Virus record (IMG/VR): IMGVR_UViG_3300025635_000048
Location: 1-41,278 of that record
Reading direction: 5' to 3' (one strand)
Length of the DNA: 41,278 nt
Origin: a virus
Taxonomy: Duplodnaviria > Caudoviricetes
Both the position numbers and the translations under genes were made by a program. Position 1 is the stretch's first letter. Every line of letters begins with the position of its first letter. Under the pieces are notes generated by a model that was not told the DNA's origin, did not search any database, and saw nothing but the letters and a program-made list of their open reading frames with translations. Below are positions 33,418 to 41,278 of this stretch, in pieces.

Positions 33418-34119
33418 ATGGAGACAGTCGAGATAGTGAAACCTGGTCGTCGTGGCCGTACCCCTGCGCGGATAATCCGGGTCTTGAAGGACGAGGAGTT
33501 GATGCTCCAGAACGAGGAGGATCGGTACGGGTATCAGGACTGGTACAAGCCGGAGTATAAGCCGGGGTTGGTAGGGTTGTTTTTCCATCATGACCTTCGC
33601 AAGGACGACGTGTACCGTGGGTTATGCGATGGGATGGGCCGGTTACGGATACAAGTGGCGAAGGCGATGGTTCGCTTTGGGCAAAGCCACCGGCAGGAGA
33701 TAAACCGGCACCTATTCAGTATTCCCCCCGAGACCAGAGTCCCGAACCGACTGTCCACCCTGATCGGTAACATGGGGCAAGACCCGAAGGTCCAGCGGCT
33801 GTACACGTACCTTCGCGGGTTGAAAGACGCGGAGGAGGAGTACCGGCGGTCGAACGAGGCTGAGGTCTTGGCGCAGGCGGCCCCACATCTTGCCGATCCA
33901 TCCAGCCCCGTGACAGTCGAGGAATACTGCTCGTTCCTTGACTCGGTGTTCCGGAGTTCCGAGGAGACCTCGACGAACCGGCGTCAGGCGGGATTGTTGA
34001 GCCTTAAACTTCGTGGACTTATCACCCCGGCGGGTGTGGATGGCGGTGGTGGCGGCCCGGACCGGGCGATGGATATGTCCTTGATCGAGGATGACGATGG
34101 CGACGATCCCGAAGACTAG
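33418..34119 (+). CDS. Putative terminase small subunit
   Basis: Directly upstream of and overlapping terL; helical with an acidic tail. Assignment is by position only. Confidence 0.5.
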   Translation: METVEIVKPGRRGRTPARIIRVLKDEELMLQNEEDRYGYQDWYKPEYKPGLVGLFFHHDLRKDDVYRGLCDGMGRLRIQVAKAMVRFGQSHRQEINRHLFSIPPETRVPNRLSTLIGNMGQDPKVQRLYTYLRGLKDAEEEYRRSNEAEVLAQAAPHLADPSSPVTVEEYCSFLDSVFRSSEETSTNRRQAGLLSLKLRGLITPAGVDGGGGGPDRAMDMSLIEDDDGDDPED

Positions 34120-35887
34120 GCCGGGAATAGGCGAGGTTCGGGAGCGAAGGGCCGCGCTATATGCCGGGCTTATGGGCTTGGGCAAGGAAGAGCGGGCGCG
34201 GGAACTGAAGTCCAATCCCGAGGCGTACTGGGCCTATCTCGCTGGCAGGGGAATGGAGGACACATGGTTCTTCTGCAACAAGATACTCCGCATCCCGGTC
34301 CTGTACAAACCGCTACACAAGCCGCTGTGCGATTCGCTCGACCATTGGGGCGAACATCAAAAGAAACTCTTGCTCATGGCCCGTGGGCACGTCAAGTCCA
34401 ACATCATCACCGTGGGCAAGACCTTGCAAGAGATTGCCCGCAACCCCGATAGCCGGACCCTCATCGGAAGCCATACCGACGTGGATACCCGCAAGTTCCT
34501 GCGGTCGATATCCACCACGATATTCGCCACGGGCCAAGACAGCATGTTCAACCGGGTATATCCCGAGATATGTCCCGCGATGGGCAGGGGCAGGCCGGTC
34601 AAGTGGAACGACAAACAAATCCAGATCGACCGCGACACAGCATTCATCGATCCGACAGTCGATACCGCCACGGTGGAAAGCCCCAGTACCGGGAGCCATT
34701 TCTCACGGATCATGCTCGACGACTTGGTGAACGAGCGTAACACGAATAACCTTGAACTGATCCAGAAAGCCACGACGTTCCACGGCCAATGCCAGTCATT
34801 GCTCGACCCCGGCGGGCGAGAGTTCCTTATTGGAACACGGTACGTCTACAACGATATGTACGGGGCGATACTCGACGACCCGAGACGGCGCGAGTTGTAT
34901 GATGTCCATATCGTGCCCGCCGTCAAGGACTGGTCTGTGTTCCACGGGTTTGTGAACGGCAAGGCGTGGACCCGGCAGGACGACTACAAGTACCTCGCGT
35001 TCCCGAAACGGTTCACGCTGGCACCCCGCGATATCGTGTCCCCGGACGGCGATGAACTGAAGGCCAAGAAGAGTCTCGTCCAAACCTACATCTCGCAAGG
35101 GTCAACCACCTTCGCGAACCAGTACATGTTGGAGCCGTTCGACACCTCGAAGGCCATCTTCCAAGAGAACGCCTTGCGGGTCATCGATTCCGTTCCGGCT
35201 GGACCATTGAGATACTTCCGGTTCTGCGACTTGAGCACGGTCAAGCATACCGGCGACTCGTATACCGCGATCATCACGATGGCTGTTGACCACTTGTGCA
35301 ACGTGTTCATCACAGATATCTGGTGGGGAGACTTCAACCCGGATCAGATCATCGATGAGTTGTTTCGGGGCCAGCAGGTCCATGAGAGCGTGAAACCCAT
35401 CAAGGTCGTGTTCGAGAAAGCCCCGTTCGAGAGGGTGCTCGACCACTTCATCCGAAGACGCGCCATCGCCGAGGGAACATGGATTCCCACCGCATTCCTT
35501 GGTGGCGGACAAAGCAATAAGACCAAGGAACAGCGAATACTAGGATTACAGTCTTGGTTCGAGGCGGGGCGTGTACATATCTTGAGAAGTTGCCGGAACA
35601 GGAACATCATGGAGGAGGAATTGTTGAAATTCTCTATCCCCATGAAGTTCAAGCGAGTGGATACCATCGACGCGCTCGCCCAGTTCCCCCCGATGATTTT
35701 CCCCGGCCAAGCCCCAGAGCAAAACACCGCCGACTTGGATGCGAAAAAACACCACGAATTGAACAATCCACACGCCCTTACCCTAGATATGGTGTATCAA
35801 AAATACGGGCTTGACAATATGGGGGATGAAATCGTGTATAATCCCGGACTACGGCGATACGGTGCCGCAATGGGGTATGCGCGATGA
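34097..35887 (+). CDS. terL: Terminase large subunit
   Basis: LMARGHVKS Walker A, G.HF..IMLDDLVNE Walker B, IGTRY coupling motif, F.NQY...P, nuclease domain CDLS...YTAI and D.IDAL. Confidence 0.92.
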   Translation: MATIPKTRPGIGEVRERRAALYAGLMGLGKEERARELKSNPEAYWAYLAGRGMEDTWFFCNKILRIPVLYKPLHKPLCDSLDHWGEHQKKLLLMARGHVKSNIITVGKTLQEIARNPDSRTLIGSHTDVDTRKFLRSISTTIFATGQDSMFNRVYPEICPAMGRGRPVKWNDKQIQIDRDTAFIDPTVDTATVESPSTGSHFSRIMLDDLVNERNTNNLELIQKATTFHGQCQSLLDPGGREFLIGTRYVYNDMYGAILDDPRRRELYDVHIVPAVKDWSVFHGFVNGKAWTRQDDYKYLAFPKRFTLAPRDIVSPDGDELKAKKSLVQTYISQGSTTFANQYMLEPFDTSKAIFQENALRVIDSVPAGPLRYFRFCDLSTVKHTGDSYTAIITMAVDHLCNVFITDIWWGDFNPDQIIDELFRGQQVHESVKPIKVVFEKAPFERVLDHFIRRRAIAEGTWIPTAFLGGGQSNKTKEQRILGLQSWFEAGRVHILRSCRNRNIMEEELLKFSIPMKFKRVDTIDALAQFPPMIFPGQAPEQNTADLDAKKHHELNNPHALTLDMVYQKYGLDNMGDEIVYNPGLRRYGAAMGYAR

Positions 35888-37713
35888 CCGAGATCGAAAT
35901 ATCAGAGGATGAGATGCGCATGTGGCGCAATCGCCTCATCCGTTCCGAGCGCATGAACAAGCGGTTTGCCGGGAAAAACGGCTTGTGGCGCAGGCTCTCG
36001 GATATCTACGAGGGCAAAGATGTCCTCGACCCCATCGGTATTCCACAGGTCCGCGTCAATCTCATGTTCGCCACGGTCCGGCAGATCGTGGCCACCCTGT
36101 ATTTCAAGGGGCCAACCATGTATGCGCGGGGACTCACCCCGAGAGGCAAGGCGGTCGGCCATCTTCTGTGCAACTCTGTCCTGCCGTTCGAGCGCATGGT
36201 CATGCAGGCCGACAAGGAAGAGCGGCAATGTATCCATAACGCGGTCCTGTACGGCACGGGCATCATGAAACACGGGTACAACGCCGAGTTTGCGCCGTAC
36301 ACCCCCTACGCCGACACGCCCGCGCAAGACTTGGAAGACGCACCGGACGACCAACAGTACGAAGTCACCGGATCGTTGACCGAACACGCCACCACGGTCC
36401 GCATTGGACACCCGTGGGTGCGCTCGATTGACCCGTGGAACTTCGGGTGTGACCCCGAGTGCAACGACTTCAACGATGCCCGGTGGTTGTGGCACTGTTT
36501 CCGCCGCTCGTGGCGCGACTGTATCGAGGATTCCCGGTACAACAAGAAGGCGCGGGAGGAACTTCGCCCGAGCGGACAAAGCGCATGGTTCTCCCGCGAA
36601 GACGTGGACAGCGAGCGCGATAACGGGCTTGCCGACGATGCCAGCATGGTCACGCTTTACGAGATATTTGACCGCGTGACAGGCCGCATCATTGTCATGT
36701 CGGACACCGGAAAGTATCCGCTCATGGCGTACCAGTACCCCGGGGGGAAAGAATCCACCGGTCCGTACCGCTTCCTGTCGCTATACAAGATGAACCATTG
36801 CCCGTGGGGACTGCCGCTTGCCATGCAGTTCCTTCCCCAATGCGAAGCGATCAACCTGTTGCGCACGCAGATGATGAGCCACCTCCAGGAATGGGGCTGG
36901 ACAAAAATCTTCTACAACGCCAACCGCTTCGAGAAGGACGATATCAAGCGGCTGAAAAATGCCAGCGGCCATTCGTACACACCCTTGATTACGGACTCGA
37001 ATCCAAACGAGGCCGTCTACGAATTGCCACAGCGTTCCATCAACGCCGATGCGTGGAACCTCGCCAACCAGTACCAGACCGACATGGACCAGGTGTCCGG
37101 TATCAACGAGAATGCGCGAGGGACCACCAATGGCGCGACCGCCACGGAGGCCAGCATCGTCGCGGCACAAGGCGGCGTGCGCACCGAGGACATGATGGCC
37201 CAGGTTGTCGCCTTCCTTCGGGCGAGCACCCAATGTACCATCAAGATGCTCCGGACATTCTGGGGGCCGGAACGCATTGTCCCCATGCTGACCGAGGACG
37301 GGCAGATCGCCGCGCAATTTCCCGTATCGCTCGATGACGCGAACTCCGAGTACGAGATCGATATCGAGCCGGGAAGCACGCAGCGGATAGACACGGGGAC
37401 AAGGACCCGGCAGGTCATCGACATGATGGCCACGCTCACGCCCTACGTCCCATACCTGCAAGCACAAGGGTTCGACGTGAACTGGCCCGAACTTGTCAAG
37501 CGCATGATCAAGGAAAGCGGCTTGTTCGGGCAAACCGAGAATATCCTCGTGCAACTTCCGCCACCGCAAGCGCAACCCCAGCAGGGACAACCAGCGGGCC
37601 AGCCACCCGGCCAACAACCCAAGGCGAGCCCACAAGATCAATTCGGGAACAGTTACAGGGACAAGCCAGCGTTTCAGTCAGGACGCGCACTGAGCGAGGC
37701 GATGACGAACTGA
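35884..37713 (+). CDS. Portal protein
   Basis: Follows terL; YGTG..K, IDPWNF..DP, D.D.VSG.....RG....TATEA motifs; Q/P-rich tail. Confidence 0.88.
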   Translation: MTEIEISEDEMRMWRNRLIRSERMNKRFAGKNGLWRRLSDIYEGKDVLDPIGIPQVRVNLMFATVRQIVATLYFKGPTMYARGLTPRGKAVGHLLCNSVLPFERMVMQADKEERQCIHNAVLYGTGIMKHGYNAEFAPYTPYADTPAQDLEDAPDDQQYEVTGSLTEHATTVRIGHPWVRSIDPWNFGCDPECNDFNDARWLWHCFRRSWRDCIEDSRYNKKAREELRPSGQSAWFSREDVDSERDNGLADDASMVTLYEIFDRVTGRIIVMSDTGKYPLMAYQYPGGKESTGPYRFLSLYKMNHCPWGLPLAMQFLPQCEAINLLRTQMMSHLQEWGWTKIFYNANRFEKDDIKRLKNASGHSYTPLITDSNPNEAVYELPQRSINADAWNLANQYQTDMDQVSGINENARGTTNGATATEASIVAAQGGVRTEDMMAQVVAFLRASTQCTIKMLRTFWGPERIVPMLTEDGQIAAQFPVSLDDANSEYEIDIEPGSTQRIDTGTRTRQVIDMMATLTPYVPYLQAQGFDVNWPELVKRMIKESGLFGQTENILVQLPPPQAQPQQGQPAGQPPGQQPKASPQDQFGNSYRDKPAFQSGRALSEAMTN

Positions 37714-38147
37714 TGTTCACGTATGTATGCCCGCTTTGCGAGCGCAAGCTCCGCGAGGTCCGCCGCGTCGAGAGGCCGTTATGCCCCGACTGCGAAACCC
37801 CGATGGACCGCGACTACAGCGCGATGAGGATATCCATCAACACGGGTCAACTAGACTACGTGCTTGACCTTGCCAGCGGCCATGTGAGAGTGCAAACGCT
37901 CCGGCAACAAGAGCGCATCATGCAAGAGAACGATATTTACCGCCCCGCGTCCGATGAATGCACGGGCACCAAGAAGTTCGGGCGGGACAAACCAGTGGAA
38001 ACGGAACTCTCCCGCGATAAAAAGCGGGTAGAGTGGAAGGACGGCATCCAGAAAGCAACCGCCGAATTGAAGGCGAAAGGCTACCGGATGCCGACAGAGT
38101 CACAGCGGCGCAAGATGCCCAAGGGCACGGCCCCGCTGGCGTTTTAA
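37713..38147 (+). CDS. FmdB-like zinc-ribbon protein
   Basis: Y.CPLC...CPDC...M.R pattern, located between portal and scaffold. Confidence 0.7.
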   Translation: MFTYVCPLCERKLREVRRVERPLCPDCETPMDRDYSAMRISINTGQLDYVLDLASGHVRVQTLRQQERIMQENDIYRPASDECTGTKKFGRDKPVETELSRDKKRVEWKDGIQKATAELKAKGYRMPTESQRRKMPKGTAPLAF

Positions 38148-38234
38148 GGAGAGCGGCCAATACCTCGATCACCCCGGATTGTCCGGGCAATGATGGGCAG
38201 GCATGCCGGGGAAGAGGAAACGGAGACAGGCAAC

Positions 38235-39143
38235 ATGACAGGCAACGCGATCCAAGATGCGGCATGGGGATACAACGGACCGTCCAGCGGAGGCTCGGAC
38301 GAGTTCGTCGAGGTCCCCGGAAACGCCCCGGACACGAATCTCCGGGACGGCGATCAATTGGGAGTGGCGGATACCCTTGGCAACGTGAAGGCACTGGACC
38401 CACAACAGGGCAACCGGGAAGATCGCGGGCAATCAAGGGAGATTGGGGAGGCCGAGGCTATCAAGATTCGCGCCGCCAACGCGCAACTTGCCCAAGAGAA
38501 CGCACGCCTTCGCGAGGACCAGTCCGCGCTCAACGCTTACCTGCGGCAGACCCAGCAACAGCAACAGCAGACGCTCGGGCTTTTGCAGCAGCAATTGGCG
38601 GCGCAGACCCCGGCGCAACAGGCCGAAACGCGGCAACGCATCGTGGACATGATCGAGGACCAGGGGCTTGAAGTCAACCCCGAGGTCAAAACCCTGCTCA
38701 ACGCGATAGACTCCGTTTCCGAAAGCAGGTACGGGCAGATGGCGGAACAAAACCGGCAACTGCAAGAAAGGCTCGGACACCTTGAGCAACACGTCGCGAG
38801 AACGGCGCAATCGTCGCACACCGCCACGCTGGAACAGCAATGGAACGGCATCGTCAAGCAGTACGGCGAACCCGTTGCGCGGCAGTACAGCACCCGCGTT
38901 GCCGACATGATCAAGGCGTTTCCGGGAATGGACGTCAACCAAGCGTGGGGAGCCGTGGCGCAAGACGCCATTGCGAACCGCGCAATCCAGCAATCAAGGG
39001 CGCAAAACGAACGCGCCAAGGCAGCCCCGCTATCGTTCCTTCATGGGAACAGTTCCGGCGGCGGACAACTCAACCCCCCGGCATACAGGCCCGATGAGAC
39101 AATGGAAGAGTCGATGGCCAAGTTTATGCAGGGGAGGCTATAA
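38235..39143 (+). CDS. Capsid scaffolding protein
   Basis: Acidic N-terminus and Q-rich coiled coils, directly before the major capsid gene; GGAG RBS. Confidence 0.7.
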   Translation: MTGNAIQDAAWGYNGPSSGGSDEFVEVPGNAPDTNLRDGDQLGVADTLGNVKALDPQQGNREDRGQSREIGEAEAIKIRAANAQLAQENARLREDQSALNAYLRQTQQQQQQTLGLLQQQLAAQTPAQQAETRQRIVDMIEDQGLEVNPEVKTLLNAIDSVSESRYGQMAEQNRQLQERLGHLEQHVARTAQSSHTATLEQQWNGIVKQYGEPVARQYSTRVADMIKAFPGMDVNQAWGAVAQDAIANRAIQQSRAQNERAKAAPLSFLHGNSSGGGQLNPPAYRPDETMEESMAKFMQGRL

Positions 39144-39162
39144 CCCAAAAGGATAAACAGCC

Positions 39163-40224
39163 ATGCCAGCAACTTCCGAGACGCTGACGTACCACACGCA
39201 GCTTGTCCAAACCTTGCAACACCGAAGCCCCGGATACGTGGACGCGATCACCAAGCAGTCCGCGCTCATGTGGTGGCTTCGCAAGAAAGGCCGCTACAAA
39301 GCGACGACCGGGCAGCGGATCGAAGAATCTGTCCTGTACAAGGTGAACACGCAGGAACCGTCGTTCAGCGGCTTCGACCTGATCAACCTGCAAGAGCAAG
39401 ACTTCATGACCAACGCGCTCATCTCGTGGAAACATTACCTGCTTCCCATCGTGTTGAACGGCCAGAATCTCGATGTCTACAACCAAGGCCCCGAGAAGAT
39501 GATCGACGTCATGGAGAGCACCGAAGCCAACGCGCTCGGCGGCATGTACCAGTCGCTGAACGAGGACTTGTTTGGCGACGGTACTGGCAACAGTTCCAAG
39601 GTTGTGACGGGACTGTCCGCGATCTGCGACACGACCCCGACGACAGGGACGCTGTACGGCATCAACCGGGCCACGTCCGGCAACGAGTTCTGGCGCAACC
39701 AGCTGGTTGACCAAGGATCCGGCGGCGCGGCGGTGGCGGCCTACGCCTACGGGACGAACGGTATCCCGACCCACCGCATGCTCCAGGGCATGACGAAACT
39801 GTGGCAGCTGTGCGGACGCCTTGCGCACGGCGGCCCCGGCAAGCGTTACCCCGATTTCGCGGTGTGTTCCGAGGCATACGAGCGCACCTACGATGACGCG
39901 GTTCGCGTGTCCGGCGCGACCCGTATCGTCAACAAGACGGCGGCTGACGCTGGATTCACGTCCTATGCGTTCAAGGGCATGACGATCCTCGCGGATCAGG
40001 ACTGCCCGAACGATACCGTGAACAGCGGATCCGGCGCGTTGTGCAACTTCCTAAACTCGGAGTACCTGAACCTTCGGTACTCGAAAAACCGCAACTTCAA
40101 GGTGACCGAGGTGGATCGCTTGGTGAACCAGGACGGATACGTCGCGCATTTGCTGTGGTCTGGCGAATTGTGCTGCACCCTCCCGGCCAAGCAGGGCGTC
40201 CACATCGGCATCATCGCGATCTAA
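39163..40224 (+). CDS. Major capsid protein (podovirus-type HK97 fold)
   Basis: SFSGFD.I, A..SWK, LFGDGTGN.....GL, YGINR...FWRNQ, DAGF....FKG, FLN..YL motifs. Confidence 0.9.
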   Translation: MPATSETLTYHTQLVQTLQHRSPGYVDAITKQSALMWWLRKKGRYKATTGQRIEESVLYKVNTQEPSFSGFDLINLQEQDFMTNALISWKHYLLPIVLNGQNLDVYNQGPEKMIDVMESTEANALGGMYQSLNEDLFGDGTGNSSKVVTGLSAICDTTPTTGTLYGINRATSGNEFWRNQLVDQGSGGAAVAAYAYGTNGIPTHRMLQGMTKLWQLCGRLAHGGPGKRYPDFAVCSEAYERTYDDAVRVSGATRIVNKTAADAGFTSYAFKGMTILADQDCPNDTVNSGSGALCNFLNSEYLNLRYSKNRNFKVTEVDRLVNQDGYVAHLLWSGELCCTLPAKQGVHIGIIAI

Positions 40225-40238
40225 CGGAGGATGACATC

Positions 40239-40673
40239 ATGGCAGAACCAATGGTGTTCGGTAACGAACACGTCAACCTTCGCCCGAGCGAGGATATCAT
40301 CACCGTCAAGAACACGAGCGGATCGGAAATCGCGGCAGGAGCGTTTGTCTGCTACGACGTGGCGACCGACGACAACATGACTTCGGTTGTTTTGCCGAGT
40401 TCGACCAACATCGAAATGTTGGCCGGAATCCTAATGGATACACTGGCCGATGACGCCTGTGGACGGTGTATGCGCCGTGGGCAGTACGACACGGCCTATG
40501 TCCTTGGGCATGCGTCCTTGACCAAGGGCGACACCCTGAAACTGGTTGCGGGACAGCGGTACGCTACTTATGCCGCCGCCCCCACCGCGTCCGCAAGTCC
40601 CGGAACCATCGTGGCGAGGGAAGACTGGACCACAACGTCCGAGGCCGCAAAGAAGGTCTACATCCGGTTGTAG
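40239..40673 (+). CDS. Capsid cement/decoration-like protein (short paralog, 144 aa)
   Basis: Immediately after the capsid gene with GGAGG RBS; small beta protein (V.N.SG..I.AG..V.YD; GI....LA....G.....G). Confidence 0.7.
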   Translation: MAEPMVFGNEHVNLRPSEDIITVKNTSGSEIAAGAFVCYDVATDDNMTSVVLPSSTNIEMLAGILMDTLADDACGRCMRRGQYDTAYVLGHASLTKGDTLKLVAGQRYATYAAAPTASASPGTIVAREDWTTTSEAAKKVYIRL

Positions 40674-40687
40674 CCAAGGAGGACGAA

Positions 40688-41278
40688 ATGAGCAACGATC
40701 CAACACTATTCGGAAACGCCATAACCACGGCGTTGAACAAGGACGAGGAAATCATCATCGTCCGCAACACGTCTGGCTCGACAATTAACGCTGGGTCCGT
40801 GGTGTGCTACGACTTGGTGACCGACGACAACTTCACATCCGTGATCTTGCCGTATTTCCGAAACCTCAATTGCCCGGCGGGTATCCTCATGGACACCTTG
40901 GCTGATGACGAAACAGGCCGCTGCCTCAAGCGCGGCTTCTACGACACGGCCTATGTTTACGGGTCTCCGTTGATGGCTATCGGGTCGAAACTTGAGCCCG
41001 TACATGCTGCGCGGTATCTCGCATCCATTGGCGGGGCCGCGTGGGAGACGCAGCCGTTCACGAAGTTTCGCGTGTGGGACAATCCCGCCGAGCTGCTTCC
41101 GGCGGCAGCGGCATCCGATGACCTCGGATATGTGGTCGGCACGTTCGGCACCGACGCACACTCCATTCAAGGGGCTGACGTTGGCGGAACGAACGGGACG
41201 TGGTACGGGCTAATGCAGTACGAGGTTCCGAAGGGATACAATGACGGGACCCCGATCTCGATCCGTGTCAAGGCCCTG
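40688..41278 (+). CDS. 5' part of the long cement/decoration paralog (continues at 128..466)
   Basis: AAGGAGG RBS; hand translation MSNDPTLFGN...IIIVRNTSGSTINAGSVVCYDLVTDDNFTSVILP...AGILMDTLADDETGRCLKRGFYDTAYV; missed by the ORF track because it has no stop in the window. Confidence 0.85.
   Translation, partial: MSNDPTLFGNAITTALNKDEEIIIVRNTSGSTINAGSVVCYDLVTDDNFTSVILPYFRNLNCPAGILMDTLADDETGRCLKRGFYDTAYVYGSPLMAIGSKLEPVHAARYLASIGGAAWETQPFTKFRVWDNPAELLPAAAASDDLGYVVGTFGTDAHSIQGADVGGTNGTWYGLMQYEVPKGYNDGTPISIRVKAL
41152..41278. repeat. Terminal direct repeat / circular assembly overlap (copy 2)
   Basis: Matches 1-127 except the first base. Confidence 0.95.

Noticed and set aside
1-41278. Alternative genetic code or stop-codon recoding
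   Set aside because: Core genes are full length under the standard bacterial code and all three stop codons end coupled genes.

Overview
The window is an apparently complete, circularly assembled tailed dsDNA phage genome. Bases 1-127 repeat at 41152-41278 with one mismatch, so the unit length is about 41,151 bp. The gene content is podovirus-like and falls into four blocks. (i) A plus-strand virion and lysis block runs from 33.4 kb across the end to 16.4 kb: terS, terL, portal, scaffold, major capsid, two paralogous cement-like proteins, two paralogous adaptor/ring proteins, a LamG-decorated tail nozzle, tail fibre, ejection proteins, GH24 endolysin, holin-like and lipoprotein genes, and an 18-aa cationic micro-ORF. 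(ii) A tightly coupled minus-strand operon at 16.4-26.8 kb carries an XRE HTH, a SWIM finger, two tandem hexapeptide-repeat proteins, YqaJ plus RecT, two DNA methyltransferases, DUF4406 and DUF1064. (iii) A divergent replication pair (short initiator-like protein plus DnaB) lies at 26.9-28.8 kb. (iv) A minus-strand early-type region at 29-32.3 kb holds a beta-clamp, an ArdC-like gene and repeated structured intergenic elements. I recognised no integrase, tRNA, CRISPR array or reverse transcriptase. The least explained signals are non-coding: a ~126-nt mirror repeat with a perfect 25-nt homopyrimidine core (H-DNA-type) upstream of terS, a strand-polarised cluster of CGGCCC hexamers over the replication genes, a ~55-bp element flanking the early region in direct orientation, and a duplicated two-hairpin leader. 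Product calls rest on motif recognition and gene order only; no database searches were run, and motif counts are manual.
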